A stretch of DNA of 64,000 bases from Promethearchaeota archaeon (GTDB lineage: Archaea; Asgardarchaeota; Lokiarchaeia; Sigyniarchaeales; SOKP01): contig JAHLWS010000078.1 of the NCBI GenBank assembly GCA_019057795.1, forward strand, positions 1 through 64,000. The letters are read 5' to 3'. The translations under genes were made by a program, and so were the position numbers. Shown piece after piece: positions 38,900 through 49,036 of the stretch (position 1 is the stretch's first letter; each line of letters opens with the position of its first letter). Below the pieces are notes generated by a model that saw only the letters and a program-made list of their open reading frames with translations, made no database searches and was not told the DNA's origin.

Positions 38900-39925
38900 T
38901 CAAGGTTTAGGATTTAAGATTTCATCTGCAGTAATATCTCCATAGATTTCATTAGCCAGTTTTCTGAGCCCATCTATTCCAAGTGGTTCTTCAAGGAGCT
39001 TATCTGAATCCCAAATCTTTAAATCTTTAAATTCTTTTTTAATTTCCTCAGAAAATTTTAATTGTATTTGACGCATTTTTTTACAGAAATTACAGTGTTT
39101 AGGATCAGGAGTCAACATATTAATGTGGACCGCATCAAGGTTAATGTATTTTTTCGTTAAATCTCTTGCGCGTTTAACTTCTTCAAAGCTAGGTTTTTCA
39201 GCTATTGAAACTAACCTTAAGGACCCTACGCTATGGATTAGTTCAGTAATTCTCTCGCCACGCTTTTCAAGATCGACTATCATATTGAATATTTCTTTAC
39301 CTAATTCCCTCCTCTTTTCCTGATCATCAAATGGTTTAAGAATTTGATGAAACATTTTAGAAAAATTCCTAATTGTTCCTTTTATTGAATTATAAAAATT
39401 TAAAGAGTATTTTAAGACGACTTTTACTTGGTCTTCTGGGATTTCAAAGAGAGCAATCATATTAGCAGTGGGAGGAAAGTCAGCTATAATGATATCAAAT
39501 TGAATATCTTGAGAAGTTATATCCTCAGCATCTAAGATTTTTTGAAAAAACATGGCGTTTTTTAAAGCCAACGGTATTGAATCGGAAGTAAAGGTAGTAT
39601 CAAAAAATTCTTCAATTTGGGGGATCCTCCCTACCAATGGCATCTGTTTCATGAGAGCTTTCATCTTATTAACTAAATCTTTAGTATATTTTTCAGCATA
39701 GATATTTGGATCGGGCTCAATTGCCCATAGATTACTTGTTATTGGCGTAATATAGTTTCCAATCTCCAGAGATAGGAGATCTGATAAATTATGGGCCATA
39801 TCAAAGGAAATGAGAAGTATTTTCTTATTTGGAAGTAGTTTTGACAGAAGCACAGCGGTAGCTGCACTTATAGAGCTTTTCCCCACTCCTCCTTTCCCTC
39901 CTAACACTATTATTCTTTCAATCAT
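38900..39925 (-). CDS. ArsA/GET3(TRC40)-family ATPase
   Basis: GKGGVGKS, SFDMAHNL, DFPPT switch II, CxxC (CNFC), EPLGIDGL. Confidence 0.88.
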   Translation of the reverse strand: MIERIIVLGGKGGVGKSSISAATAVLLSKLLPNKKILLISFDMAHNLSDLLSLEIGNYITPITSNLWAIEPDPNIYAEKYTKDLVNKMKALMKQMPLVGRIPQIEEFFDTTFTSDSIPLALKNAMFFQKILDAEDITSQDIQFDIIIADFPPTANMIALFEIPEDQVKVVLKYSLNFYNSIKGTIRNFSKMFHQILKPFDDQEKRRELGKEIFNMIVDLEKRGERITELIHSVGSLRLVSIAEKPSFEEVKRARDLTKKYINLDAVHINMLTPDPKHCNFCKKMRQIQLKFSEEIKKEFKDLKIWDSDKLLEEPLGIDGLRKLANEIYGDITADEILNPKP

Positions 39926-40718
39926 GTCAAACGCTTAGATGCTTTAAAATAAGAAATTAAATAATATCAAATAACGATATAATATATAAAATAAATTCAA
40001 GAATTTTAATAATTCTACATTAATTTATTGGATTTTTTTTAGGAAAAAAGACTAACTTCCCGGAAAGAGTTGGACACTCACAATCCTTGTTTCTTTCGAA
40101 ATAGAAATAAAATCTGCCGATATCCGTATTAAGTTTGTACTTTACCTTTCTTTTGATGTTATCTGACATTTTTTTTAATAATTTATTATTCCAGTAAATA
40201 CTCATAGATTTAGAATCATAATTAATCTTAAAAAAATAGCATTTTATGGAGATAATATAACGATAAGGGCGGAGCCTTAATTGAACCTTTAAATTAACAA
40301 AAGATAAATTAAAAGAATTATTTTAATAAAATAATCATCAAAAAAATGTTGATTATTAATAGATTTACTAATTAAATTTACCATTCATATTAATTAAAAT
40401 TTTAATCGAATAAGTAAAATTAAATTTTCAAAAAAATCATCAATTAAATGAAATAATAAAATCAATCAATCAAAGTATTAAATTAAAATTATTATCCAAA
40501 CTTATAACAATATATAGGAAGTAGATTCATTAGATTCATAATTCAAGCTTAATAAAGACAAATAAAAATATCTCAAAAGATAAAGCATTCAAGATCTTAG
40601 TTAGAAATAATCAATTTAACATTAGTTCCTATCTACTAGTCGGATTTTACTTCTTTTTATAAGTTTATAATTAATTTTAGATAGATTGATAAAATTAAAT
40701 GTTAAATAGAAAAAAGGA

Positions 40719-41900
40719 GTGATTAAGATTACACATACTAATGTAGATTTTACTACAAAATATATTATTGAAGCTAAATTTAAAATTAAAGGTGTCGTTG
40801 AGAAATCAGACATCGTTGGAGCGATTTTTGGACAAACTGAAGGTCTTCTTTTAGATCTCGACTTGCGAGATCTTCAAAAGTCAGGGCGTATAGGACGGAT
40901 TGAGGTTGAAAATGAATCAAAGGAAGGAATTTCCGAAGGAATCATTAAAATCCCTTCTAGCCTTACTCGTAAAGAAACTGCTCTATTAGCAGCAACTGTA
41001 GAAACGGTTTCGCGTGTTGGACCTTGTGAAGCTGAGATTCAATTAATAGAAATAAGAGATGTGAGAGAAGCTAAACGTAAACAAATAATTGAACGGGCGG
41101 CTGAACTATTAAAAGAATGGGATGAAAAATCTTTAGAACCAAGCGAAATAGAAGAACAAATCGATACGGGTATAAAACTAGGTGAAATTATCTCTTGGGG
41201 TCCAGAAGGCTTACCCGCTGGTCCTAAAATTGACTCTAGTTCAGAACTAATACTCGTTGAAGGTCGAGCAGATGTATTAAACCTATTGAGGATAGGAGTT
41301 AAAAATACAGTTGCCGTACAAGGTACTCAAGTTCCTAAGTCGATTATTAGTTTAACTAAGAAAAAAGAAAGTGTCATAGCTTTCTTGGATGGGGATCGTG
41401 GAGGGACTATTATTTTGAATGAACTTTTACAAGTTGCAAAGCTTGATTATGTGGCGCGAGCACCAGAAGGTTACGAAGTGGAAGAACTTACTCGTAAACA
41501 AATGATAAAATCTCTCCAAAATAAAAAGCCCGTAAGAACCGCACATGAGAGGAAGGTTATCGAGAGAAAAGGACATACGGGAAAGGAATCGTATTTACAT
41601 AAATTATTGAAGAAATTAAAAGTCAAAAATTACGCAATAATAGAAGAAAGCTTTAAGAAAATAGAGCCAGGCCACAGTATAGGGTTTAATAAGAGCTTAG
41701 AGAAACTATTTGAAATCCCTGTTGGAGAAATCTTTGAAAAAATTAAAGATTTTAAAGGTACGCAATTTCTAATTATTGATGGCATCTTAACGAAACGCCT
41801 GCTTTCACTTTTATTAAAATTGAAATTGAAATTTATCGCATGTAAAAACAAGGAAGAAGATTTAAGAATACCAGAACAAATAATTGTTTTCTTCTTCTAA
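40719..41900 (+). CDS. dnaG: Archaeal DnaG-like TOPRIM protein
   Basis: GVVEKSDIVGAIFGQTEGLL, VEGRADV, DGDRGG. Confidence 0.95.
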   Translation: MIKITHTNVDFTTKYIIEAKFKIKGVVEKSDIVGAIFGQTEGLLLDLDLRDLQKSGRIGRIEVENESKEGISEGIIKIPSSLTRKETALLAATVETVSRVGPCEAEIQLIEIRDVREAKRKQIIERAAELLKEWDEKSLEPSEIEEQIDTGIKLGEIISWGPEGLPAGPKIDSSSELILVEGRADVLNLLRIGVKNTVAVQGTQVPKSIISLTKKKESVIAFLDGDRGGTIILNELLQVAKLDYVARAPEGYEVEELTRKQMIKSLQNKKPVRTAHERKVIERKGHTGKESYLHKLLKKLKVKNYAIIEESFKKIEPGHSIGFNKSLEKLFEIPVGEIFEKIKDFKGTQFLIIDGILTKRLLSLLLKLKLKFIACKNKEEDLRIPEQIIVFFF

Positions 41901-41942
41901 AATTTCTAATTTTTTTTAATCATTGAATTATAGAGATTAATT

Positions 41943-42377
41943 TCAGATTTTATTACAATTGACGTTAATAGGCAAGCCATCCGCGATTGAATTTGAAACT
42001 ATACAATATTCTCTAAACTTATTGATACATAAATTGATTTCTTCAGAAGAAGCGTTTTCTTCAGGTTTAAATTTAATTTCAGCATTCACTTTAGTTAACC
42101 TTAAAAGCATTTTAGGACCTACATGAGATAATTTTCCATCTACCACGATTTCAACGCTTTTCATCTTTATATTCTTTTTTTGTAAGCAATATATAAAGGT
42201 TGTTCCTAAACACCCACCTATTCCAATTAATAAGTACTCGACGGAACTTGGACCTAGATCCGTACCGTGAAATGATGTAGGTTCGTCTACGCTAAAGTCC
42301 TTAAATTGTCTCGCAGAAGCTTTAAAATGGAGATTTTCGGTATAATTTAACGATACTTTCATGACAAAACAACTCAA
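41943..42377 (-). CDS. OsmC family protein
   Basis: DEP...GPSSVEYLL..GGC and YCIVSNSI. Confidence 0.9.
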   Translation of the reverse strand: MSCFVMKVSLNYTENLHFKASARQFKDFSVDEPTSFHGTDLGPSSVEYLLIGIGGCLGTTFIYCLQKKNIKMKSVEIVVDGKLSHVGPKMLLRLTKVNAEIKFKPEENASSEEINLCINKFREYCIVSNSIADGLPINVNCNKI

Positions 42378-42427
42378 AAATAGAATATCTCTTACTTTTC
42401 AATAAAAATAGGAAAAATTTAAAATTG

Positions 42428-42676
42428 TTAACGGATTCCTAAGATGAAATTAATAAAGGTCCAAAGAAGTTGGATTACAAAAGATATGCCCCCTAATAAT
42501 AGTAATCCAATTCCACATATCTTAAAAATTAAAAGATATTCTTTCCTATCTGGTTTATTGGCAATTTTTATTATTCTTTTAGTATTTTGAAAAAAGACAC
42601 CAAGACGTTCGTAGATACTTAATTTTTTACTTTTATTGTATTTAGAGTATTTTTCATAACTGGGATAATTTGACAT
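42428..42676 (-). CDS. secE: Translocase subunit SecE/Sec61-gamma
   Basis: RIIKIANKPDRKEY followed by one TM helix; follows ftsY. Confidence 0.92.
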   Translation of the reverse strand: MSNYPSYEKYSKYNKSKKLSIYERLGVFFQNTKRIIKIANKPDRKEYLLIFKICGIGLLLLGGISFVIQLLWTFINFILGIR

Positions 42677-42761
42677 TTTTCGTTTTTCTTCCGTTTTTTT
42701 ATATTATTTAAATTAAAACTAAATATTTAAAAAATTTAATTATTGATTAAACTTTTGATCG

Positions 42762-43676
42762 TCATTCCTCGTTAATATCAAGAATGTTCGAAATGAACAT
42801 TTCACGATTAAATGGCTCTAAATCGTCATATCCTTGTCCCGTTCCTACAAATAAAATAGGTTTTTTAGTTTCGTAAGATATTGATAACGCAGCACCACCC
42901 TTAGCGTCAGCATCTAATTTGGTTAGAATGTTTGCATCAATTCCTACGCTATTATTAAACTCTTTGGCTTGGGTTAACGCATCATTTCCAGCAAGGGAAT
43001 CTCCAATAAATAAGACTAAATCTGGTTCGGCAACTTTAACGATTTTTTGCATTTCTCTCATTAAATTTTTATTACTAACTTGTCTCCCCGCAGTATCAAC
43101 TAGTACAACATTAATTCCTTTTGCTGTTGCGTGTTGTATTGCGTCAAAAGCAACACTTGCAGGATCTGATTTATATTCATGCTTGATAACTCTAATTCCA
43201 ATATTTTGCATATGGTAAGAGAGTTGTTCAATTGCCGCCGCTCTGAACGTGTCCGAAGCCGCAGCTACAGAAGATAAATTATTATTTTTTAAATAATGAG
43301 CTATTTTTGCAATTGTAGTCGTCTTCCCAGTCCCGTTTACACCTAGAAAAACTATAATATATGGCAAGTTTTTAGAATTTTTAATATTTATCTCATCCAA
43401 TAAATTTATGTCTTTTTCAGGCGTTAAAATGTCGGTAATTACATCTTTTAAAACATCAAATAAAAATTTACTTTTTGACGATAATAGACCTATCTCTACG
43501 CCCTTAAGCGAATCTTTTATTTTATCGCAGAGGATATCTGCGGTTTCGGTAGCTACATCATTTCCAATTAATAATAAATTCAGATCGTATAAAGTATCAT
43601 CTAAACTTTTGTCAGATAAAGTCTTTTTAACGAAAATAGAGAAAACATTACTTAATTTTTTCATTGACTTAACCAC
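42762..43676 (-). CDS. ftsY: SRP receptor FtsY
   Basis: GVNGTGKTTT, DTFRAAA, DTAGR, TKLDADAKGG, GTGQ. Confidence 0.96.
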   Translation of the reverse strand: MVKSMKKLSNVFSIFVKKTLSDKSLDDTLYDLNLLLIGNDVATETADILCDKIKDSLKGVEIGLLSSKSKFLFDVLKDVITDILTPEKDINLLDEINIKNSKNLPYIIVFLGVNGTGKTTTIAKIAHYLKNNNLSSVAAASDTFRAAAIEQLSYHMQNIGIRVIKHEYKSDPASVAFDAIQHATAKGINVVLVDTAGRQVSNKNLMREMQKIVKVAEPDLVLFIGDSLAGNDALTQAKEFNNSVGIDANILTKLDADAKGGAALSISYETKKPILFVGTGQGYDDLEPFNREMFISNILDINEE

Positions 43677-43727
43677 ATGAATTGAAGATTAATACTATTT
43701 TAAAATAAGTGAAAAATTCAAATTATT

Positions 43728-44138
43728 TTAGCCCGTTTTACCTTGAAACATTTGGTTTATTCCTTGAAGGTTATAATCCAAGGTTATAATTCTCTCTTTT
43801 AAAAACTTTAGTTGTTCATTATGTTGTTTCATAAGTTTATTGATAAATTCAATTGATTCTTCAATTGTTTTTTCAATTACGATGTCTTGGTTAACAGCCA
43901 CAAGAACTTTTTTTGTATCTTTAATTGATCCTTTTATGTTCACTAGACCCCCAATTGGGATTAGAATCTCGTCGTTTTCATCTATTCCATCTTTTAAATT
44001 ATCAAGAGTCTTTTTTGTAGTGTATAAATTTCCAAGAGACACATTGACTATTTCAAATTGCCCTTGGAACATATCTCGTTGTTCTTTAAGATACCTGAAT
44101 TGCTGTAATTGTTTTTCAAAATTTTGATTGTTTTCCAT
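43728..44138 (-). CDS. pfdA: Prefoldin alpha subunit
   Basis: Coiled coils flanking EILIPIGG...KVLVAV; conserved operon position. Confidence 0.9.
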   Translation of the reverse strand: MENNQNFEKQLQQFRYLKEQRDMFQGQFEIVNVSLGNLYTTKKTLDNLKDGIDENDEILIPIGGLVNIKGSIKDTKKVLVAVNQDIVIEKTIEESIEFINKLMKQHNEQLKFLKERIITLDYNLQGINQMFQGKTG

Positions 44139-44170
44139 ACGAATCAACTATACTATATGTGAGAAAGTTT

Positions 44171-44398
44171 TTATTGCGATAATTCGCGAATAAGATAATC
44201 CTTACACTCTTCTTGAGAAATCACTTTAATTTCTTGAATATTTATTTGTCTTCTCAAAATGCCGATCGATGTGACTTGAGTAAGTGCTTTTTCAAGAGCA
44301 TTTTCTTCGTTTAAGGCTCTAACTTCCTTTCGAAACAAATATTTTTTATGTTTTTTTTTGTAAGTACCTATAATCCGATAAATTTTAATCTCTGACAT
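44171..44398 (-). CDS. rpl18a: 50S ribosomal protein eL20 (L18Ae/LX)
   Basis: IKIYRIIG...FRKEVRALNEENALE...RRQINI. Confidence 0.9.
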   Translation of the reverse strand: MSEIKIYRIIGTYKKKHKKYLFRKEVRALNEENALEKALTQVTSIGILRRQINIQEIKVISQEECKDYLIRELSQ

Positions 44399-44499
44399 GG
44401 GTTATCAATTCCTATGTATCAACGAATTTAAAATTGATAATTATTTTAAAAATATTAAATTTTTGCTTTTTTATTATGTATTGGTTAGCACTAAAGAAT

Positions 44500-45180
44500 T
44501 TAGAGTTTTAGAACGGATGTAAGTCTCATTAGTTCGGGTCCAGTAGACGCCATGCCAAAAATACCACTCTGGTCGTTAACAATCGCTCCTGAGGAGAGAT
44601 AAGGAATCCCTCGGTTAACAGTAGAGACGTCCGTTTCATCTACTTTTAAAATTGTAGAAATAATTTCAATCTCTTCATCAGTTGCAAGAGGGTGTACTAA
44701 ACATCCATGGTTATTCGTTAAAGATATCGATCCAGGAAGATAGTAATTGACGAATTCGTAAACTATGGTCTCGACATTTAAAGTATCTTCAATCTGTTTT
44801 TTATAATCTTTTAAAAAAGAAGAAATTATTGCGCCTTTATCATTACATAAAATCAAATTTCCAAAAGCGTTATCTAAAGATTTGAGAATTCCTATCTTAA
44901 AATTAGTATTCAGCTCATCTGAACATGTCTTTAACTTTTGAAGCTCATCGTCCCTAATTATATGGGGGACTATTATTCCATATTTATTACTTGCTGTGTA
45001 TACACCGATTAAATTAGAATTATTAACTGAAATGGGAAAAAATGGAACTTTAAACACGCTCTCAATTTTCATCATATATGGTTTAAGCAGAGTAGATGGA
45101 TATAAACCAAATAAATTATTGACTGCTAAATAGATCCCTATAGAGTTCTTCCCGAATATCTGGTACTTTAAAATCGTCAT
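44500..45180 (-). CDS. eif6: Translation initiation factor 6
   Basis: GNLILCND, LVHP, STVNRG, STGPEL. Confidence 0.95.
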   Translation of the reverse strand: MTILKYQIFGKNSIGIYLAVNNLFGLYPSTLLKPYMMKIESVFKVPFFPISVNNSNLIGVYTASNKYGIIVPHIIRDDELQKLKTCSDELNTNFKIGILKSLDNAFGNLILCNDKGAIISSFLKDYKKQIEDTLNVETIVYEFVNYYLPGSISLTNNHGCLVHPLATDEEIEIISTILKVDETDVSTVNRGIPYLSSGAIVNDQSGIFGMASTGPELMRLTSVLKL

Positions 45181-45357
45181 TTAACAAAACTAAGAAAATC
45201 GTTATGTGGAGTATAAAGTTTTAAACCATAAATATTTTATTAAAAATAGGTAAGTTTAATGAATCTACTACTAATAATTTAAAATATCTATTATTAGCAT
45301 TACAATATCCATTATTTTGGTCAACATTTATTAATAAAAAAATCATAATTATTATTT

Positions 45358-47607
45358 ATGATAAATTGGATTATTGCTTTCTTCTATTTTCTAGAAGAGC
45401 TTGGTTTTTTAAAAATTGAAGACATGATTACTAAGAACCTTCCAATGTTGTTAATTTGCAGATTTTTCTACTGTATCGCCTATTTTCTTAATTATCATAA
45501 GAGCTTTATTGCCGAAACTAACGATAGAAAATCTTTATTTACTCAAAAAGAGATTGTAATCTTCATTTTCAAACAATTGATCTTAATACTCTTTGGAACA
45601 ATCTATTTGGTTTTTGCTGTGTTTATTAGCTTTTATTCCTTAATGATGAGCGGAAGATACATTACCAATATTTCTGAAAAAAGAAAAAATAGATTACTGA
45701 GTATTTTAGGAAAACTTATAACTTTTTCCGCTCCACTTATTGGTATTTTATGGTATACTTTTATCGTAGCGAATTATTATTCCCTTGCTGCTATTGGAGT
45801 GAGCGTAATTGCGTTCCTTCACTATGGATTAAAAATCTCCTCCTTGTCTTTAACTAAAATCTTAGAAAAGTATAGTAAAAGGCGCATCGAGAAAATCCCT
45901 AAAATTATCCCATACCTTCTATTAATTATTTTAATTGCTTTCCCAACTACGGTAATTCTGGGAACTGGAATCTATAAAGTTCAAGAAAAGCAAACATATA
46001 TGGTCCCTATGCGAGATAATATTGAATTAGCCACGGATGTCTATTTTGCTCCTGGATCCTTTGGGGTCCCTCGCCCCGTTATTTTGATTAGAACACCTTA
46101 TGGTAAATCTGGTTGGGCGTATGATTTATATTCTCCCATTTATCTAATTCAAGACTATCATTTAGTTATTCAAGATTTACGTGGTACTCATGATTCTGAG
46201 GGAGGAGAGAGCTTTCTTCTCTTTGTAAATTCTTATAAAGATGGTGTTGATACAATTGATTGGATATTAGATCAAAGCTGGTCTAATGGAAAAATAGCTA
46301 GTGCAGGGGTTTCTGCTCTATGCCTTAACCAATATTACTATGCTGGAATGGGTCCAGATGGATTATTAGCTCAGCAATTATGGTTTGGTACACCAGAAAT
46401 GTTTGACCACGCTATCTTCCAAGGATCTTATCATAAATCCTCCGTTGAGACTTGGATAAAAAGCACTTCTCCTACGAATTGGCGTTATCAAGTGGATACA
46501 ATTTTTTCTAAAACAATCCCTAAAAATGAAATTCTTTACAACTCGACGTCGCTATCAATTCCTATAGGACCGCATTATTCAAATGTTTCTGTCTACGGAA
46601 TTCATGTTGGTGGTTGGTACGATCATTTCTTACAAGGTACTATTGATGGGTATATTGGATACGATGATTATGGGGCTACTAGGGCACAAGGACATCAAAA
46701 ATTGGTGATGGGTCCATGGACTCATGGTTCGATTTATGGCGGACAACAAGGAGAGTTACTATATCCTGGTAATTCTAATGGATTCGATTTATTGCTCGAT
46801 TGGGAGATGGAAATCTTTGATGAAGCTTTGTTAGGCATTCCTGCTGACTGGAGTAGAGCGAGAGTTGCATACTATTTAATGGGTGATGTGGATGTTGATT
46901 CGGATAACTGGAATTACTGGCGTTATGCATATGATTGGCCATTAGATCATGTAGACGATACATGGTATTTCGATGCTGAGGGAGGATTAAGTAAAACCTC
47001 TGCTGGTTTAATAAATAAAGGTTTCTCTTATTTATACGATCCTCGATACCCAGTTCCAAACTTAGGAGGTCAAAATCAGCCATTTGATCTGGCGGGTCCC
47101 ATGGATCAAACATCAATAGAAAATCGATCCGATGTTTTGATATTCGAGACTCCTATTTTAACAGAAACCGTGGAAACAGTTGGTAGAATATGGGGCAACT
47201 TGTTCATTAGTTCAAATTGTACTGACACAGATTTTACTATTAAGTTGACTGATGTATATCCTGACGGTAGATCTATGTTAGTTACTGACGGATCGTTAAC
47301 TGTTCGATATAGATATAACTACACTTCGGAAGTTTTTATGTCAGGTAATCAAAATGATGTTTATGAGCTATTAATAGATTGTTGGTCTACAGCTTATTCT
47401 TTTGCGCCAGGTCATAAAATAAGAGTAACTATTTCGAGTTCTAACTATCCTCGTTTTGCTACAAACCCTAATACTGGAGCACCACTAGCACGAGATTACT
47501 TAAATGCTAACATTGCGAATAATACTCTTCTCGTTGGACCATTATACAGTTCAAGCATCATTTTACCGAGATTAGTGAATATGAGTAGCACTCATACAAT
47601 TTATTAA
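45358..47607 (+). CDS. CocE/NonD family serine hydrolase with N-terminal TM region
   Basis: VPMRDNIELATDVY, RTPY, QDLRG, GVSA nucleophile elbow, GGWYD, GPWTH, SSNYPRF. Confidence 0.9.
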   Translation: MINWIIAFFYFLEELGFLKIEDMITKNLPMLLICRFFYCIAYFLNYHKSFIAETNDRKSLFTQKEIVIFIFKQLILILFGTIYLVFAVFISFYSLMMSGRYITNISEKRKNRLLSILGKLITFSAPLIGILWYTFIVANYYSLAAIGVSVIAFLHYGLKISSLSLTKILEKYSKRRIEKIPKIIPYLLLIILIAFPTTVILGTGIYKVQEKQTYMVPMRDNIELATDVYFAPGSFGVPRPVILIRTPYGKSGWAYDLYSPIYLIQDYHLVIQDLRGTHDSEGGESFLLFVNSYKDGVDTIDWILDQSWSNGKIASAGVSALCLNQYYYAGMGPDGLLAQQLWFGTPEMFDHAIFQGSYHKSSVETWIKSTSPTNWRYQVDTIFSKTIPKNEILYNSTSLSIPIGPHYSNVSVYGIHVGGWYDHFLQGTIDGYIGYDDYGATRAQGHQKLVMGPWTHGSIYGGQQGELLYPGNSNGFDLLLDWEMEIFDEALLGIPADWSRARVAYYLMGDVDVDSDNWNYWRYAYDWPLDHVDDTWYFDAEGGLSKTSAGLINKGFSYLYDPRYPVPNLGGQNQPFDLAGPMDQTSIENRSDVLIFETPILTETVETVGRIWGNLFISSNCTDTDFTIKLTDVYPDGRSMLVTDGSLTVRYRYNYTSEVFMSGNQNDVYELLIDCWSTAYSFAPGHKIRVTISSSNYPRFATNPNTGAPLARDYLNANIANNTLLVGPLYSSSIILPRLVNMSSTHTIY

Positions 47608-47619
47608 TACTTCTTTTTA

Positions 47620-47856
47620 TTATTTTAGCATTTTTAAAAATTCTAATTCATCGATGAAAGTTACACCTAAATCTCTAGCTTTTTTAAAGTTCCTAGATTT
47701 AACATCGGGGTTATTTGTAACTATATACCATAAATCGTTTGAAATGGCGTCTCTTATAACACCCCCCTTCTCAATTACTTTTAATTTTGCTTCTTCTTTA
47801 TTCATAGTTTCTAAATTTCCCGAAAAGTAGAATTTTATTAAAGATAAATCAGCTAT
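47620..47856 (-). CDS. Stand-alone BRCT domain protein (probable ATA start)
   Basis: In-frame IADLSLIKFYFSGNLETMNKEEAK...GG...KARDLGV.IDE.EF gives a complete ligase-type BRCT. Confidence 0.75.
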   Translation of the reverse strand: MADLSLIKFYFSGNLETMNKEEAKLKVIEKGGVIRDAISNDLWYIVTNNPDVKSRNFKKARDLGVTFIDELEFLKMLK

Positions 47857-47985
47857 ATTTGACCATCTTCCTTAAGTGTTTAGTTTTGAAATTTTACAAC
47901 AAGAAGATTAAACGAAGTAGCTTTTAAAATTAAATGACTATTAAAAATTTTTAATTTTTAGAATAAAGATAGTGTATTTGTATGT

Positions 47986-48450
47986 TTATTCGGCCAAATA
48001 AACAACTACTAAGCCGTCAATGTTCTTAGTTGCCCTGACCTTTATCTTTCTTGGAGGCTTTTGAATGCCTCTTGACCATATCTTTTCATTTACAGGTTGC
48101 GAAATAATTAGAGATTCAGGTTTGAAATGGCGTTCCATAAATTCTCTGAGATATCTAATCGCTTTTTTTGCCCGCTTATTTCTCGGACCTCGCCGTGCTT
48201 TTGCTAGAGGAATCACATATATTCGTTCATCTATAATTTCTTCCTTAGGGGCTTCTTCCTCTTCTATTTCTTCTAATTCTTCAAGCTCTTCTTCAAAAAC
48301 TTCGCTAACTTCTTCTTCAGAAATCTCATCTAAGCTAAATTCTTCGATCTCTTCTATTTCTTCGTCTTCTACTTTTTCAACTTCTTCAGAATCAGTTAGT
48401 TCTTCCTCTAAGTCGTCCAAACTGATTTCTTTTGTTTTTTTTTTTGCCAT
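47986..48450 (-). CDS. rpl31e: 50S ribosomal protein eL31 with acidic N-terminal extension
   Basis: ERIYVIPL...RAKKAI...VNEKIWSRGIQKPPRKIKV. Confidence 0.95.
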   Translation of the reverse strand: MAKKKTKEISLDDLEEELTDSEEVEKVEDEEIEEIEEFSLDEISEEEVSEVFEEELEELEEIEEEEAPKEEIIDERIYVIPLAKARRGPRNKRAKKAIRYLREFMERHFKPESLIISQPVNEKIWSRGIQKPPRKIKVRATKNIDGLVVVYLAE

Positions 48451-48484
48451 TTTGAATCAATAATGTTATAAATTTGTCTTTAAC

Positions 48485-48646
48485 TTAATCTCTTTTTAAT
48501 CTTGTATTTCGCCACTGTCTTCCCGAGTAGGGGTTGTTTTTAACTTTGCCTCCAGTTCTCTTAACAACCCAGGTTGGAACTGAGCGACTTTGGTTAAGCT
48601 TTTTAGCTCTTCTTAATTTTGAGGGTAGATCTTTATTACGTGCCAT
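48485..48646 (-). CDS. rpl39e: 50S ribosomal protein eL39 (missing from ORF track)
   Basis: MARNKDLPSKLRRAKKLNQSRSVPTWVVKRTGGKVKNNPYSGRQWRNTRLKRD. Confidence 0.95.
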   Translation of the reverse strand: MARNKDLPSKLRRAKKLNQSRSVPTWVVKRTGGKVKNNPYSGRQWRNTRLKRD

Positions 48647-48663
48647 AATACTAATCTCAACCT

Positions 48664-49005
48664 TTATTTTTTGATATTAAATTCTTTTTTTTTTCCTGTG
48701 GTTGTAATTTGTTCTAAAATTTTTTTAAATTCTTTATCGGGTAATGGAGTAGCTCCACGCAGCTTCCCTGATTGGTACAATTGTATTAATTGTAATTCGA
48801 TCTGTTCTGCGAATTGAGGTTTTACTATTCTTATGTTTTCTAATCGTTGGCGTCCTTCTTGGCTCAATATTTGTCTCATTATTTGATATTTTTTGCTTAC
48901 ATATTCTTTTTGTTGATGTTCGGCATATTGTTGTTGGGCTGCTTGTTGCTTTAATTCTTCTAGTTTTCTTCTTCTAATGTTTTCTAATTCATCTTCTTCG
49001 CTCAA
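48664..49005 (-). CDS. PDCD5/TFAR19-like DNA-binding protein
   Basis: ELENIRRRKLEEL...RQILSQEGRQRLENIRIVKP. Confidence 0.92.
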   Translation of the reverse strand: MSEEDELENIRRRKLEELKQQAAQQQYAEHQQKEYVSKKYQIMRQILSQEGRQRLENIRIVKPQFAEQIELQLIQLYQSGKLRGATPLPDKEFKKILEQITTTGKKKEFNIKK

Positions 49006-49036
49006 AGTTAGACCACAAAGAATAATTTGATTAAAT

